DNA of 29,614 nucleotides from Octopus sinensis (taxonomy: Eukaryota), in assembly GCF_006345805.1 (NCBI RefSeq), contig NW_021832967.1, positions 1 to 29,614 of the forward strand. The letters run 5' to 3'. Positions within the stretch are counted from its first letter, which is position 1, and each line of letters starts with the position of its first letter. The translations under genes were made by a program, and so were the position numbers. The notes beneath the pieces are model-generated. The model was not told where the DNA came from. It worked only from the letters and a program-made list of their open reading frames with translations, and ran no database searches. Shown piece by piece: positions 9,058 through 20,200 of the stretch.

Positions 9058-9450
9058 CTAGCAGTATCGCCCGGCGTTGCTCGGATTTGTAAGGGAAATA
9101 ATTATATAAGCATTTTTAGAGATGTAAAGTATAATAGCCATCACAATATGGCTAACCACAAAGGGGGAGGGGTGTTACTGTAGCTTTTTACGTTCTGAGA
9201 TTTAATAATAATTTTAGAGAGTTACTTCCCTTATATATGTCAAAAATGGATTAAAAATGGGAAAAATTGATGGTAAATTTTTTTTAAATCGTAGACTCAT
9301 CGTAGACGCGCGCTAATACCCAGACGGTCTCGATATGAATCACGACTATAAGATACCCGGTTTTGGTTAAACTGCACCGCAAAATGTGGGAGTAGTTAGG
9401 AATCTAAATCGTAGGAGACAGACACACAACCTCACTTTTATATATAAAGA
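9058..9450 (-). mobile_element. Non-autonomous Helitron family A, complete
   Basis: Minus strand A|TC at 9450, hairpin, and CTAG|T at 9058-9061. Confidence 0.85.
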
Positions 9451-9614
9451 TTTCCTCTATTTACATAATATTGAGGTCTCTTTCTTTCTTTTGTTATCTT
9501 ACTGTTTTTACCAATATACATATATATATATATATATAAATATATATATAGTTACAGAGATGTACTTGCATAGCAAGTGACTTGATCTGAGATCGTGTGC
9601 TGGAACGAAAACAG

Positions 9615-9871
9615 TTGCAGCGTTGAAGGCGTTTATAAGCCATTTAAGAAACACACAAAAACCGTTAGATTCACTTCAACATTTAAATTTAATTTGTCAA
9701 AATATTTTCATCGCTTTGAGACCGCGACCTGTTAGCACGATATTTTTGTCAGTGAACAGGTCGCGGTCTCAAAGCGACGAAAATATTTTGGCAAATTAAA
9801 TTTAAATGTTGAAGTGAATGTAACGGTTTTTGTGTTTCTTAAATGGCTTACAAACACCTTCCACGCTGCAA
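9615..9871. repeat. Long inverted repeat (arms 9615-9733 and 9755-9871) formed by two divergent copies of a hammerhead-bearing element
   Basis: Arms are about 90% reverse-complementary; each runs outward toward a TA tract. Confidence 0.9.
9745..9795 (+). ncRNA. Minimal type-I hammerhead motif with reciprocal G3:C8 core swap
   Basis: TTTGTCA GTGAACA G GTCGC-GGTCTCAAA-GCGAC GAA AATATT T TGGCAAA. 7-bp stem I, 5-bp stem II, palindromic AATATT stem III, UUU triplet. Confidence 0.7.
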
Positions 9872-9959
9872 TATATATATACACACATATATATATATGT
9901 ATGTATGTATGTATGTGTGTATATGTGTATGCATGTATGTGTGTGTGTGTGCGTGTCTG

Positions 9960-10170
9960 TGCTTGTGATTGTCCTCCACCACTGCTTGACAACGAATGTT
10001 GGTTTGTTTACATCCCTGTCACCTAGTGGTTTGACAAAGGAAACAGATAGAATAAGTACAATGCTTACAAAAATAAAACTGGAGTTGATTCATTAAACTA
10101 CAATTCTTCAAGGCATTGCCCCAGCATGGCCACAGACCAATGGCTGGAAAAAGCAGAAGAATAAAAGAAT
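9960..10170 (+). mobile_element. Older, diverged SINE-A-related tail
   Basis: CTTGACAAC...GATAGAATAAGTAC...CCAGCATGGCCACAG...AATAAAAGAAT aligns to the family-A tail with many substitutions. Confidence 0.75.
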
Positions 10171-10234
10171 ACATTCTCTGCTTTGGTCTTATGTTCAAGG
10201 CATGAGAAAGCTTGAGTTTACATGAGAAGGCCTA

Positions 10235-10712
10235 ACAGACCTGGTAGAAACAGCAGCCAAATCTCCCTCAAATCACACCTTACTGTCTTATGTATGTATA
10301 TATATATGAGCCAATGAGGGGGACCTCTACATGATAGCTAGACCTGGTAGAAATAGCAGCCAAATTTCCCCCAATCACACCTTACTGTCTTATCTATGTA
10401 TATATGTATGTATGAGCCTATGAGGGAGATCCCTACATGGCAGCTAGACCTGGTAGAAATAGCAGCCAAATTTCCCCCAAATCACACCTTACTGTCTTAT
10501 CTATGTATATATGTATGTATGAGCCTATGAGGGAGACCCCTACATGGCAGCTAGACCTGGTAGAAATAGCAGCCAAATTTCCCCCAAATCACACCTTACT
10601 GTCTTATCTATGTTATATGTATGTATGAGCCTATGAGGGAGACCCCTACATGGCAGCTAGACCTGGTAGAAATAGCAGCCAAATCTCCCTCAAATCACAC
10701 CTTACTGTCTTA
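10235..10712. repeat. Tandem repeat, ~106-bp unit, ~4.5 copies
   Basis: CTAGACCTGGTAGAAATAGCAGCCAAAT recurs at 10338, 10444, 10551 and 10657, with a diverged copy near 10235. Confidence 0.9.
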
Positions 10713-10947
10713 TCTTTCTGCTACTTGGATATATGTTATATTCGTCGTAAAAAATTTCCTGTCACACACTCACGCACACGCACACACACAACACACGCAC
10801 CCTCACACACACACACGCGCGCACACCCACACACACCCACTCACACACACGCACGTTAGCTTACAATTTTATTTATATATTTGCGTGTCTATGTGTTGAA
10901 AGAGGAAGTGGGAGGCAGAGTGAAAGAATCACTCACTGCAGTAAGTC

Positions 10948-11219
10948 AATTACTTTCATTTTATTCGTTGCCCACTGTGTGTGTGCGTTTGCGTGTGCTG
11001 TAAACCAGACTAAGAAAAGCATTTGACAACACACCAGAATGTGAGTTTTCTGTAAATTTTGCTTAATTGGAGTTTAAATTTTAAAAAACTGGACCTGGTA
11101 TGACGCGATGCATTGTACTCTTAAAAATGCAAGGTAAATTGTAATTGAAGAAATCCTATATTGTAGATTTGTATAACTCCAAAGGGAGGCAGATAAAATC
11201 TGCCTTTTATAATAAGAGA
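10948..11219 (-). mobile_element. Helitron family-B 5' module
   Basis: Minus strand A|TCTCTTATTATAAAAGGCAGATTTTATCTGCC start at 11219; matches 2841+ and 11695+. Confidence 0.75.
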
Positions 11220-11240
11220 TATATATATATATATAATATT

Positions 11241-11280
<40 letters not shown>

Positions 11281-11426
11281 TATATATACATACATACATT
11301 TATATATATATATAATATATATATTATATATTATATATATATATAAATAATAAAATTAGGGAATAAATCCAAATTTACAGGGAAAAAATCAGATTTAGGA
11401 TAAATCCAATTTTATAGTAAAATATT

Positions 11427-11595
11427 ATAAAATATTATTAGAGACAAAACCACTATTTTGCAAAACAAACAAGGAAAGACTTAATCAATACATAAATAGT
11501 CAAATTTTAATAAATAGTCAAATTAAAATTTTATGTATTGATTAAGTCTTTCCTTGTTGTTTTGCAAAATAGTGGTTTTGTCTCTAATAATATTT

Positions 11596-11598
<3 letters not shown>
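11427..11598. repeat. Near-perfect 70-bp-arm inverted repeat (foldback)
   Basis: Arms 11427-11496 and 11530-11598 differ by a single-base indel; the spacer carries a duplicated AAATAGTCAAATT. Confidence 0.92.
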
Positions 11599-11648
<50 letters not shown>

Positions 11649-12218
11649 ATATTATATATACATATGTATAGATATATATAAAATTCAGGGTGAATCTCTT
11701 ATTATAAAAGGCAGATTTTATCTGCCTCCCTTTGTCACTTATAGAATCTACAATATAGGATTTCTTCAATTACAATTTACCTAGCATTTTAAGAGTAGAA
11801 TGCATCGGGTCATGCCAGTCCAGTTTTTAAAATTTAAACTCCAATTAAGCAAAATTTACAGAAAACTCACATTCTGGTGTGTATGTCAAATGCTTTCTTA
11901 GTCTGGTTTACACGCACAAGCAAACGCACACACGCAGTGTGCAACGAATAAAGTGAAACTAATTCACTGTGAGTGTTGACAGGTAGACATTAGAATGCGA
12001 TGGCGATGGCGATGTGAATATTTGTTTCTGTCTATCACGCTGATAGATACATGAGTAAAATGTATGGCAAGCTAGAGATAAGAGTGAGTGAAAATGTTCT
12101 TGGAAGAGAGTAAATAGCGACAGAGTGATTTGAGGAAGACTAAACTGAAAGTATGAAACAGTGTTTATGTATAAACAGACGACACTTATATATAGTTATT
12201 AATAAATGTATGCATCCG

Positions 12219-12547
12219 TTAACCCTTTCGTTACCAAACCGCCCGAATTACCTATTCATATTTAAATGAGAATATCAGAGTAAATCTCTTTAGTACATTC
12301 GTGAAAACACGTATTATACTTCGTAAACACTTCAAATACAGTTTTGTACAAAAATCGAAGTGTACTTTTAATTCCGTGAATTATGGGAGATTTTTTTCCG
12401 AAATTTGTTCCTATTGTGTTTTCAAAATTTGTAATTCTGACAAAAAATGGATACGAATTTCATCATATCAAGCAGCGAGTCAGAATTCGAAGAATTTTCT
12501 ACTGAAGACCTTCATAAATCTAACTCTATGACTGAAAAAAAAAAGCA
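12219..12547 (+). mobile_element. piggyBac-like left end with the start of an acidic transposase N-terminus
   Basis: TTAA + CCC TIR; ATG at 12447 gives MDTNFIISSSESEFEEFSTEDL, cut off by the Helitron at 12548. Confidence 0.65.
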
Positions 12548-12918
12548 TCTTTATATAAGAGTGAAGTTGTGTGTCTGTCTCCTACGATTTAGATTCGTAA
12601 CTACTCCCACATTTTGCGGTGCAGTTTAACCAAAACCGGGTATCTTATAGTCGTAATTCATATCGAGCCCTTCTGGGTATTAGCGCGCGTCTACGATGAG
12701 TCTACGATTTTAAAAAAATTTACCATCATATTTTTCCATTTTAATGCATTTTTTTCGCTTTTATATAAGGGAAACTCTCAAAAAATATCTACGATGTGTC
12801 AACGATTTAAGAAAAAAATTTACCTTAATTTTTTTTCAATTTTTTGGCTATAACTCTCTAAAAATGCTTATATAGTTATTTCCCTTACAACCCGAGCAAC
12901 GTCGGGCGATACTGCTAG
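12548..12918 (+). mobile_element. Non-autonomous Helitron family A, complete
   Basis: A|TCTTTATATAAG start; CCCGAGCAACGTCGGG hairpin; CTAG|T end. Confidence 0.85.
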
Positions 12919-12979
12919 TACTTGATAAATGTAAGCACCTGTTTATGCCAGCTAGTAGCATAGGTGAGAGTATGTATCA

Positions 12980-13011
<32 letters not shown>

Positions 13012-13048
13012 TACATACATACATATACATATATATATATACATATAT

Positions 13049-13212
13049 ACGATGGGCTTCTTTCAGTTTCCGTCTACCAAATCCGCTCACAAGGCTTTGG
13101 TCGGCCCGAGGCTATAGTAGAAGACACTTGCCCAAGCTGTCACATAGTGAGACTGAACCTGGCACCATGTGGTTGGTAAGAAAGCTACTTACCACACAGT
13201 CACTCCTGTGCC
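13049..13212 (-). mobile_element. SINE family A head only
   Basis: Reverse complement of the head up to the microsatellite junction. Confidence 0.85.
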
Positions 13213-13237
13213 AATATATATATATATATATATATAC

Positions 13238-13405
13238 ACGATAAGCTTCTTTCAGTTTCTGTCTAACAAATCCACTCACAAGGTTTTGGTCGGCCCAAAG
13301 CTGTAATAGAAGACACAAGTGCCCAAGGTGCCACGCAGTGGGACTGAACCTGGAACCATGTGGTTGGTAAGCAAGCTACTTACCCTTCACAGCCACGCCT
13401 GTGCC
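13238..13405 (-). mobile_element. SINE family A head only (second, tandem)
   Basis: Same segment as 13049-13212, separated by (TA)n. Confidence 0.85.
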
Positions 13406-13502
13406 TAATTATTAGCGTGGAGAAAATTATCAGAAGACATATCTGTTTATTTTTTCAAATATATAATACTGGACCAAGGACTTTCTATTTCTTATTCAAT
13501 TC

Positions 13503-13876
13503 TGTGTGTGTGTGTGTGTGTGCGTGTGTGTGTGTGCGTGTGTGTGTGTGTCTATGTCTGTGTGTGTGTGTCTATGTGTGTATGTGTATGTGTGCATGCG
13601 TGTGTACGTGTGTGTGTGTGTCTATGTGTGTGTGTGTGTGTGTCTATGTGTGTGTGTGTATGTGTGCATGCGTGTGTGCGTGTGTGTGTGTGTCTATGTA
13701 TGTGTGTGTGTCTGTGTGTGTGTGTGTACATATATGCATAATACATAGGTAATGGTTGCAGTTAATGCGTGACGAAGGCATATAAACATATTGATATCTA
13801 TATACATATATGCATACACACAAACGTGTGCGTATGTGTGTGTGTGTGTGTGTGTGCATGCGTGTGTGCGCGTGTG

Positions 13877-13915
<39 letters not shown>

Positions 13916-13930
13916 GTGTGCGTGTGCCTG
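13503..13930. repeat. (TG)n-rich compound microsatellites
   Basis: Direct reading of the sequence. Confidence 0.95.
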
Positions 13931-14241
13931 AGTGTGTTTGTATTATGATATCAGATTTTATTGTTTGCAGGTCATAAAAGAGAAGATAAGAAGTCTGTGA
14001 GAACATTACTGTTTGCCAAAATGACCTAGTTCCCATAACTGTATCCGTCAAAGAATTTTGGTGAATTTCATGCACGAAGACCAAATTCTGCGATGGAGAA
14101 ACCATAAATCTTTTACAACCTCATTCGTGAAATTTGGATATTTTAGGAAATCCAAGAGACATGCCCACCACAACAGAATTAAGATCCTAAAACCGAGGTG
14201 CCGCCTAAAAGGCATTCATGTGGGTACTGGTGCAAAGTAAG

Positions 14242-17200
14242 AAGCACTGGTGCTGGTGCTACATTAAAAGCACTGATGCCATTGCTGCTGCCACATTAAA
14301 AGCACTGGTGCCACATTAAAAGTACTGGTGCTGGTGCCACATTAAAAGCACTGATGCCATTGCTGCTGCCACATTAAAAGCACTGGTGCCACATTAAAAG
14401 TACTGGTGCTGGTGCCACATTAAAAGCACTGATGCCATTGCTGCTGCCACATTAAAAGCACTGGTGCCACATTAAAAGTACTGGTGCTGGTGCTACATTA
14501 AAAGCACTGATGCCATTGCTGCTGCCACATTAAAAGCACTGGTGCCACATTAAAAGTACTGGTGCTGCTGCCACATTAAAAGCACTGGTGCCAGTACTGG
14601 TGCCACATTAAAAGTACTGGTGCTGGTTCCACATTAAAAGCACTGGTGCTGGTGCCACACTAAAAGCACTGGTGCTGGTGCCACATTGAAAGCACTGGTG
14701 ATGGTGCCACATTAAAAGCACTGGTGCTGGTGCCACACTAAAAGCACTGGTGCTGGTGCCACATTAAAAGCACTGGTGCTGGTGCCACATTAAAAGCACT
14801 GGTGCTGGTGCCACATTAAAAGCACTGGTGCTGGTGCCACATTAAAAGCACTGGTGCTGGTGCCACATTAAAAGCACTGGTGCTGGTGCCACATTAAAAG
14901 CACTGGTGCTGGTGCCACATTAAAAGCACTGGTGCTGGTGCCACATTAAAAGCACTGGTGCTGTTGCCACATTGAAAGCACTGGTGATGGTGCCACACTA
15001 AAAGCACTGGTGCTGGTGCCACACTAAAAGCACTGGTGCTGGTGCCACATTGAAAGCACTGGTGCTGTTGCCACATTAAAAGTACTGGTGATGGTGCCAC
15101 ACTAAAAGCACTGGTGCTGGTGCCACACTAAAAGCACTGGTGATGGTGCCACATTGAAAGCACTGGTGATGGTGCCACATTAAAAGCACTGGTGCTGTTG
15201 CCACATTAAAAGCACTGGTGCTGTTGCCACATTAAAAGCACTGGTGCTGGTGCCACATTAAAAGCACTGGTGCTGTTGCCACATTAAAAGCACTGGTGAT
15301 GGTGCCACACTAAAAGCACTGGTGATGGTGCCACATTAAAAGCACTGGTGCTGGTGCCACATTAAAAGCACTGGTGCTGTTGCCACATTAAAAGCACTGG
15401 TGATGGTGCCACATTAAAAGCACTGGTGATGGTGCCACATTAAAAGCACTGGTGCTGTTGCCACATTAAAAGCACTGGTGCTGGTGCCACATTAAAAGTA
15501 CTGGTGATGGTGCCACACTAAAAGCACTGGTGCTGTTGCCACATTAAAAGCACTGGTGATGGTGCCACATTAAAAGCACTGGTGATGGTGCCACATTAAA
15601 AGCACTGGTGATGGTGCCACATTAAAATCACTGGTGATGGTGCCACATTAAAAGCACTGGTGATGGTGCCACATTAAAAGCACTGGTGCTGGTGCCACAT
15701 TAAAAGCACTGGTGATGGTGCCACATTAAAAGCACTGGTGATGGTGCCACATTAAAAGCACTGGTGATGGTGCCACATTAAAAGCACTGGTGCTGGTGCC
15801 ACATTAAAAGCACTGGTGATGGTGCCACATTAAAAGCACTGGTGATGGTGCCACATTAAAAGCACTGGTGATGGTGCCACATTAAAAGCACTGGTGCTGT
15901 TGCCACATTAAAAGCACTGGTGATGGTGCCACATTAAAGCACTGGTGATGGTGCCACATTAAAAGCACTGGTGCTGGTGCCACATTAAAAGCACTGGTGC
16001 TGGTGCCACATTAAAAGCACTGGTGCTGGTGCCACATTAAAGCACTGGTGCTGGTGCCACATTAAAGCACTGGTGCTGGTGCCACATTAAAAGCACTGGT
16101 GCTGTTGCCACATTAAAAGCACTGGTGATGGTGCCACATTAAAAGCACTGTGCTGTTGCCACATTAAAAGCACTGGTGATGGTGCCACATTAAAGCACTG
16201 GTGATGTGCCACATTAAAAGCACTGGTGCTGGTGCCACATTAAAAGCACTGGTGCTGGTGCCACATTAAAAGCACTGGTGCTGGTGCCACATTAAAAGCA
16301 CTGGTGCTGGTGCCACATTAAAAGCACTGGTGCTGGTGCCACATTAAAAGCACTGGTGCTGGTGCCACATTAAAAGCACTGGTGCTGGTGCCACATTAAA
16401 AGCACTGGTGATGGTGCCACATTAAAAGCACTGGTGCTGCTGCCACATTAAAAGCACTGGTGCCAGTACTGGTGCCACATTAAAAGTACTGGTGCTGGTT
16501 CCACATTAAAAGCACTGGTGCTGGTGCCACACTAAAAGCACTGGTGCTGGTGCCACATTGAAAGCACTGGTGATGGTGCCACATTAAAAGCACTGGTGCT
16601 GGTGCCACACTAAAAGCACTGGTGCTGGTGCCACATTAAAAGCACTGGTGCTGGTGCCACATTAAAAGCACTGGTGCTGGTGCCACATTAAAAGCACTGG
16701 TGCTGGTGCCACATTAAAAGCACTGGTGCTGGTGCCACATTAAAAGCACTGGTGCTGGTGCCACATTAAAAGCACTGGTGCTGGTCCACATTAAAAGCAC
16801 TGGTGCTGGTGCCACATTAAAAGCACTGGTGCTGTTGCCACATTGAAAGCACTGGTGCTGTTGCCACATTAAAAGCACTGGTGATGGTGCCACATTAAAA
16901 GCACTGGTGATGGTGCCACACTAAAAGCACTGGTGATGGTGCCACATTAAAAGCACTGGTGCTGTTGCCACATTGAAAGCACTGGTGCTGTTGCCACATT
17001 AAAAGCACTGGTGATGGTGCCACATTAAAAGCACTGGTGATGGTGCCACACTAAAAGCACTGGTGATGGTGCCACACTAAAAGCACTGGTGCTGGTGCCA
17101 CATTAAAAGCACTGGTGCTGGTGCCACATTAAAAGCACTGGTGCTGTTGCCACATTAAAAGCACTGGTGATGGTGCCACACTAAAAGCACTGGTGATGGT

Positions 17201-20200
17201 GCACACTAAAAGCACTGGTGCTGGTGCCACATTAAAAGCACTGGTGCTGGTGCCACATTAAAAGCACTGGTTGCTGTGCCACATTAAAAGCACTGGTGAT
17301 GGTGCCACACTAAAAGCACTGGTGATGGTGCCACATTAAAAGCACTGGTGCTGGTGCCACATTAAAAGCACTGGTGCTGTTGCCACATTAAAAGCACTGG
17401 TGATGGTGCCACATTAAAAGCACTGGTGATGGTGCCACATTAAAAGCACTGGTGCTGTTGCCACATTAAAAGCACTGGTGATGGTGCCACATTAAAAGCA
17501 CTGGTGATGGTGCCACATTAAAAGCACTGGTGCTGGTGCCACATTGAAAGCACTGGTGCTGTTGCCACATTAAAAGTACTGGTGATGGTGCCACACTAAA
17601 AGCACTGGTGCTGGTGCCACATTGAAAGCACTGGTGCTGTTGCCACATTAAAAGTACTGGTGATGGTGCCACACTAGAAGCACTGGTGCTGGTGCCACAT
17701 TGAAAGCACTGGTGCTGGTGCCACATTAAAAGCACTGGTGCTGTTGCCACATTAAAAGCACTGGTGATGGTGCCACATTAAAAGCACTGGTGATGGTGCC
17801 ACATTAAAAGCACTGGTGCTGTTGCCACATTAAAAGCACTGGTGATGGTGCCACATTAAAAGCACTGGTGCTGTTGCCACATTAAAAGCACTGTGATGGT
17901 GCCACATTAAAAGCACTGGTGATGGTGCCACATTAAAAGCACTGGTGCTGGTTGCCACATTAAAAGCACTGGTGATGGTGCCACATTAAAGCACTGGTGA
18001 TGGTGCCACATTAAAAGCACTGGTGCTGTTGCCACATTAAAAGCACTGGTGATGGTGCCACATTAAAGCACTGGTGATGGTGCCACATTAAAAGCACTGG
18101 TGATGGTGCCACATTAAAAGCACTGGTGATGGTGCCACATTGAAAGCACTGGTGATGGTGCCACATTAAAAGCACTGGTGATGGTGCCACATTGAAAGCA
18201 CTGGTGATGGTGCCACATTAAAAGCACTGGTGCTGTTGCCACATTAAAGCACTGGTGATGGTGCCACATTAAAAGCACTGGTGATGGTGCCACATTAAAA
18301 GCACTGGTGATGGTGCCACATTAAAAGCACTGGTGATGGTGCACATTAAAAGCACTGGTGATGGTGCCACATTAAAAGCACTGGTGATGGTGCCACATTA
18401 AAAGCACTGGTGATAGTGCCACATTAAAAGCACTGGTGATGGTGCCACATTAAAAGCACTGGTGATGGTGCCACATTAAAAGCAACTGGTGCTGGTGCCA
18501 CATTGAAAGCACTGGTGATGGTGCCACATTGAAAGCACTGGTGATGGTGCCACATTAAAAGCACTGGTGATGGTGCCACATTAAAAGCACTGGTGATGGT
18601 GCCACATTAAAAGCACTGGTGCTGTTGCCACATTAAAAGCACTGGTGATGGTGCCACATTAAAAGCACTGGTGATAGTGCCACATTAAAAGCACTGGTGA
18701 TGGTGCCACATTAAAAGCACTGGTGATGGTGCCACATTAAAAGCACTGGTGCTGTTGCCACATTAAAAGCACTGGTGATGGTGCCACATTGAAAGCACTG
18801 GTGATGGTGCCACATTAAAAGCACTGGTGCTGGTGCCACATTGAAAGCACTGGTGCTGTTGCCACATTAAAAGTACTGGTGATGGTTCCACACTAAAAGC
18901 ACTGGTGCTGGTGCCACATTGAAGAGATGCACTGGTGCTGTTGCCACATTAATACTGGTGATGGTGCCACACTAAAAGCACTGGTGCTGGTGCCACATTG
19001 AAAGCACTGGTGCTGGTGCCACATTAAAAGCACTGGTGCTGTTGCCACATTAAAAGCACTGGTGATGGTGCCACATTAAAAGCACTGGTGATGGTGCCAC
19101 ATTAAAAGCACTGGTGATGGTGCCACATTAAAAGCACTGGTGATGGTGCCACATAAAAGCACTGGTGATGGTGCCACATTAAAAGCACTGGTGCTGGTGC
19201 CACATTGAAAGCACTGGTGATGGTGCCACATTAAAAGCACTGGTGATGGTGCCACATTAAAAGCACTGGTGATGGTGCCACATTGAAAGCACTGGTGATG
19301 GTGCCACATTAAAAGCACTGGTGCTGTTGCCACATTAAAAGCACTGGTGATGGTGCCACATTAAAAGCACTGGTGATGGTGCCACATTAAAAGCACTGGT
19401 GATGGTGCCACATTAAAAGCACTGGTGATGGTGCCACATTAAAAAGCATGGTGATGGTGCCACAATTAAAAGCACTGGTGATGGTGCCACATTGAAAGCA
19501 CTGGTGATGGTGCCACATTAAAAGCACTGGTGCTGTTGCCACATTAAAAGCACTGGTGATGGTGCCACATTAAAGCACTGGTGATGGTGCCACATTAAAA
19601 GCACGGTGATGGTGCCACATTAAAAGCACTGGTGCTGTTGCCACATTAAAAGCACTGGTGATGGTGCCACATTAAAAGCACTGGTGATAGTGCCACATTA
19701 AAAGCACTGGTGTGATGGTGCCACATTAAAAGCACTGGTGATGGTGCCACATTAAAAGCACTGGTGCTGTTGCCACATTAAAAGCACTGGTGCTGTTGCC
19801 ACATTAAAGTACTGGTGCTGGTGCCACATTAAAAGCACTGGTGCTGTTGCCACATTAAAAGTACTGGTGCTGTGCCACATTAAAGCACTGGTGCTGGTGC
19901 CACATTAAAAGCACTGGTGCTGGTGCCACATTAAAAGCACTGGTGATGGTGCCACATTAAAAGCACTGGTGCTGTTGCCACATTAAAAGTACTGGTGCTG
20001 GTGCCACATTAAAAGTACTGGTGCTGGTGCCACATATTAAAAGCACTGGTGCTGTTGCCACATTAAAAGCACTGGTGCTGGTGCCACATTGAAAGCACTG
20101 GTGCTGTTGCCACATTAAAAGTACTGGTGATGGTGCCACACTAAAAGCACTGGTGCTGGTGCCACATTGAAAGCACTGGTGATGGTGCCACATTGAAAGC

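Larger units (their letters stand above)
11695..12918 (+). mobile_element. Composite Helitron: B 5' module + cargo including a piggyBac left end + family-A 3' element
   Basis: A|TC at 11695, TTAA-CCCTTTCGTTAC at 12219, family-A copy from 12548 to CTAG|T at 12918. Confidence 0.65.

Noticed and set aside
13956-14060. Possible host exon after TTTTATTGTTTGCAG acceptor (13970) with GTGAAT donor near 14060
   Set aside because: Stops occur in all three frames before the donor and there is no recognisable protein similarity. It could only be a terminal or UTR exon, which needs RNA-seq.
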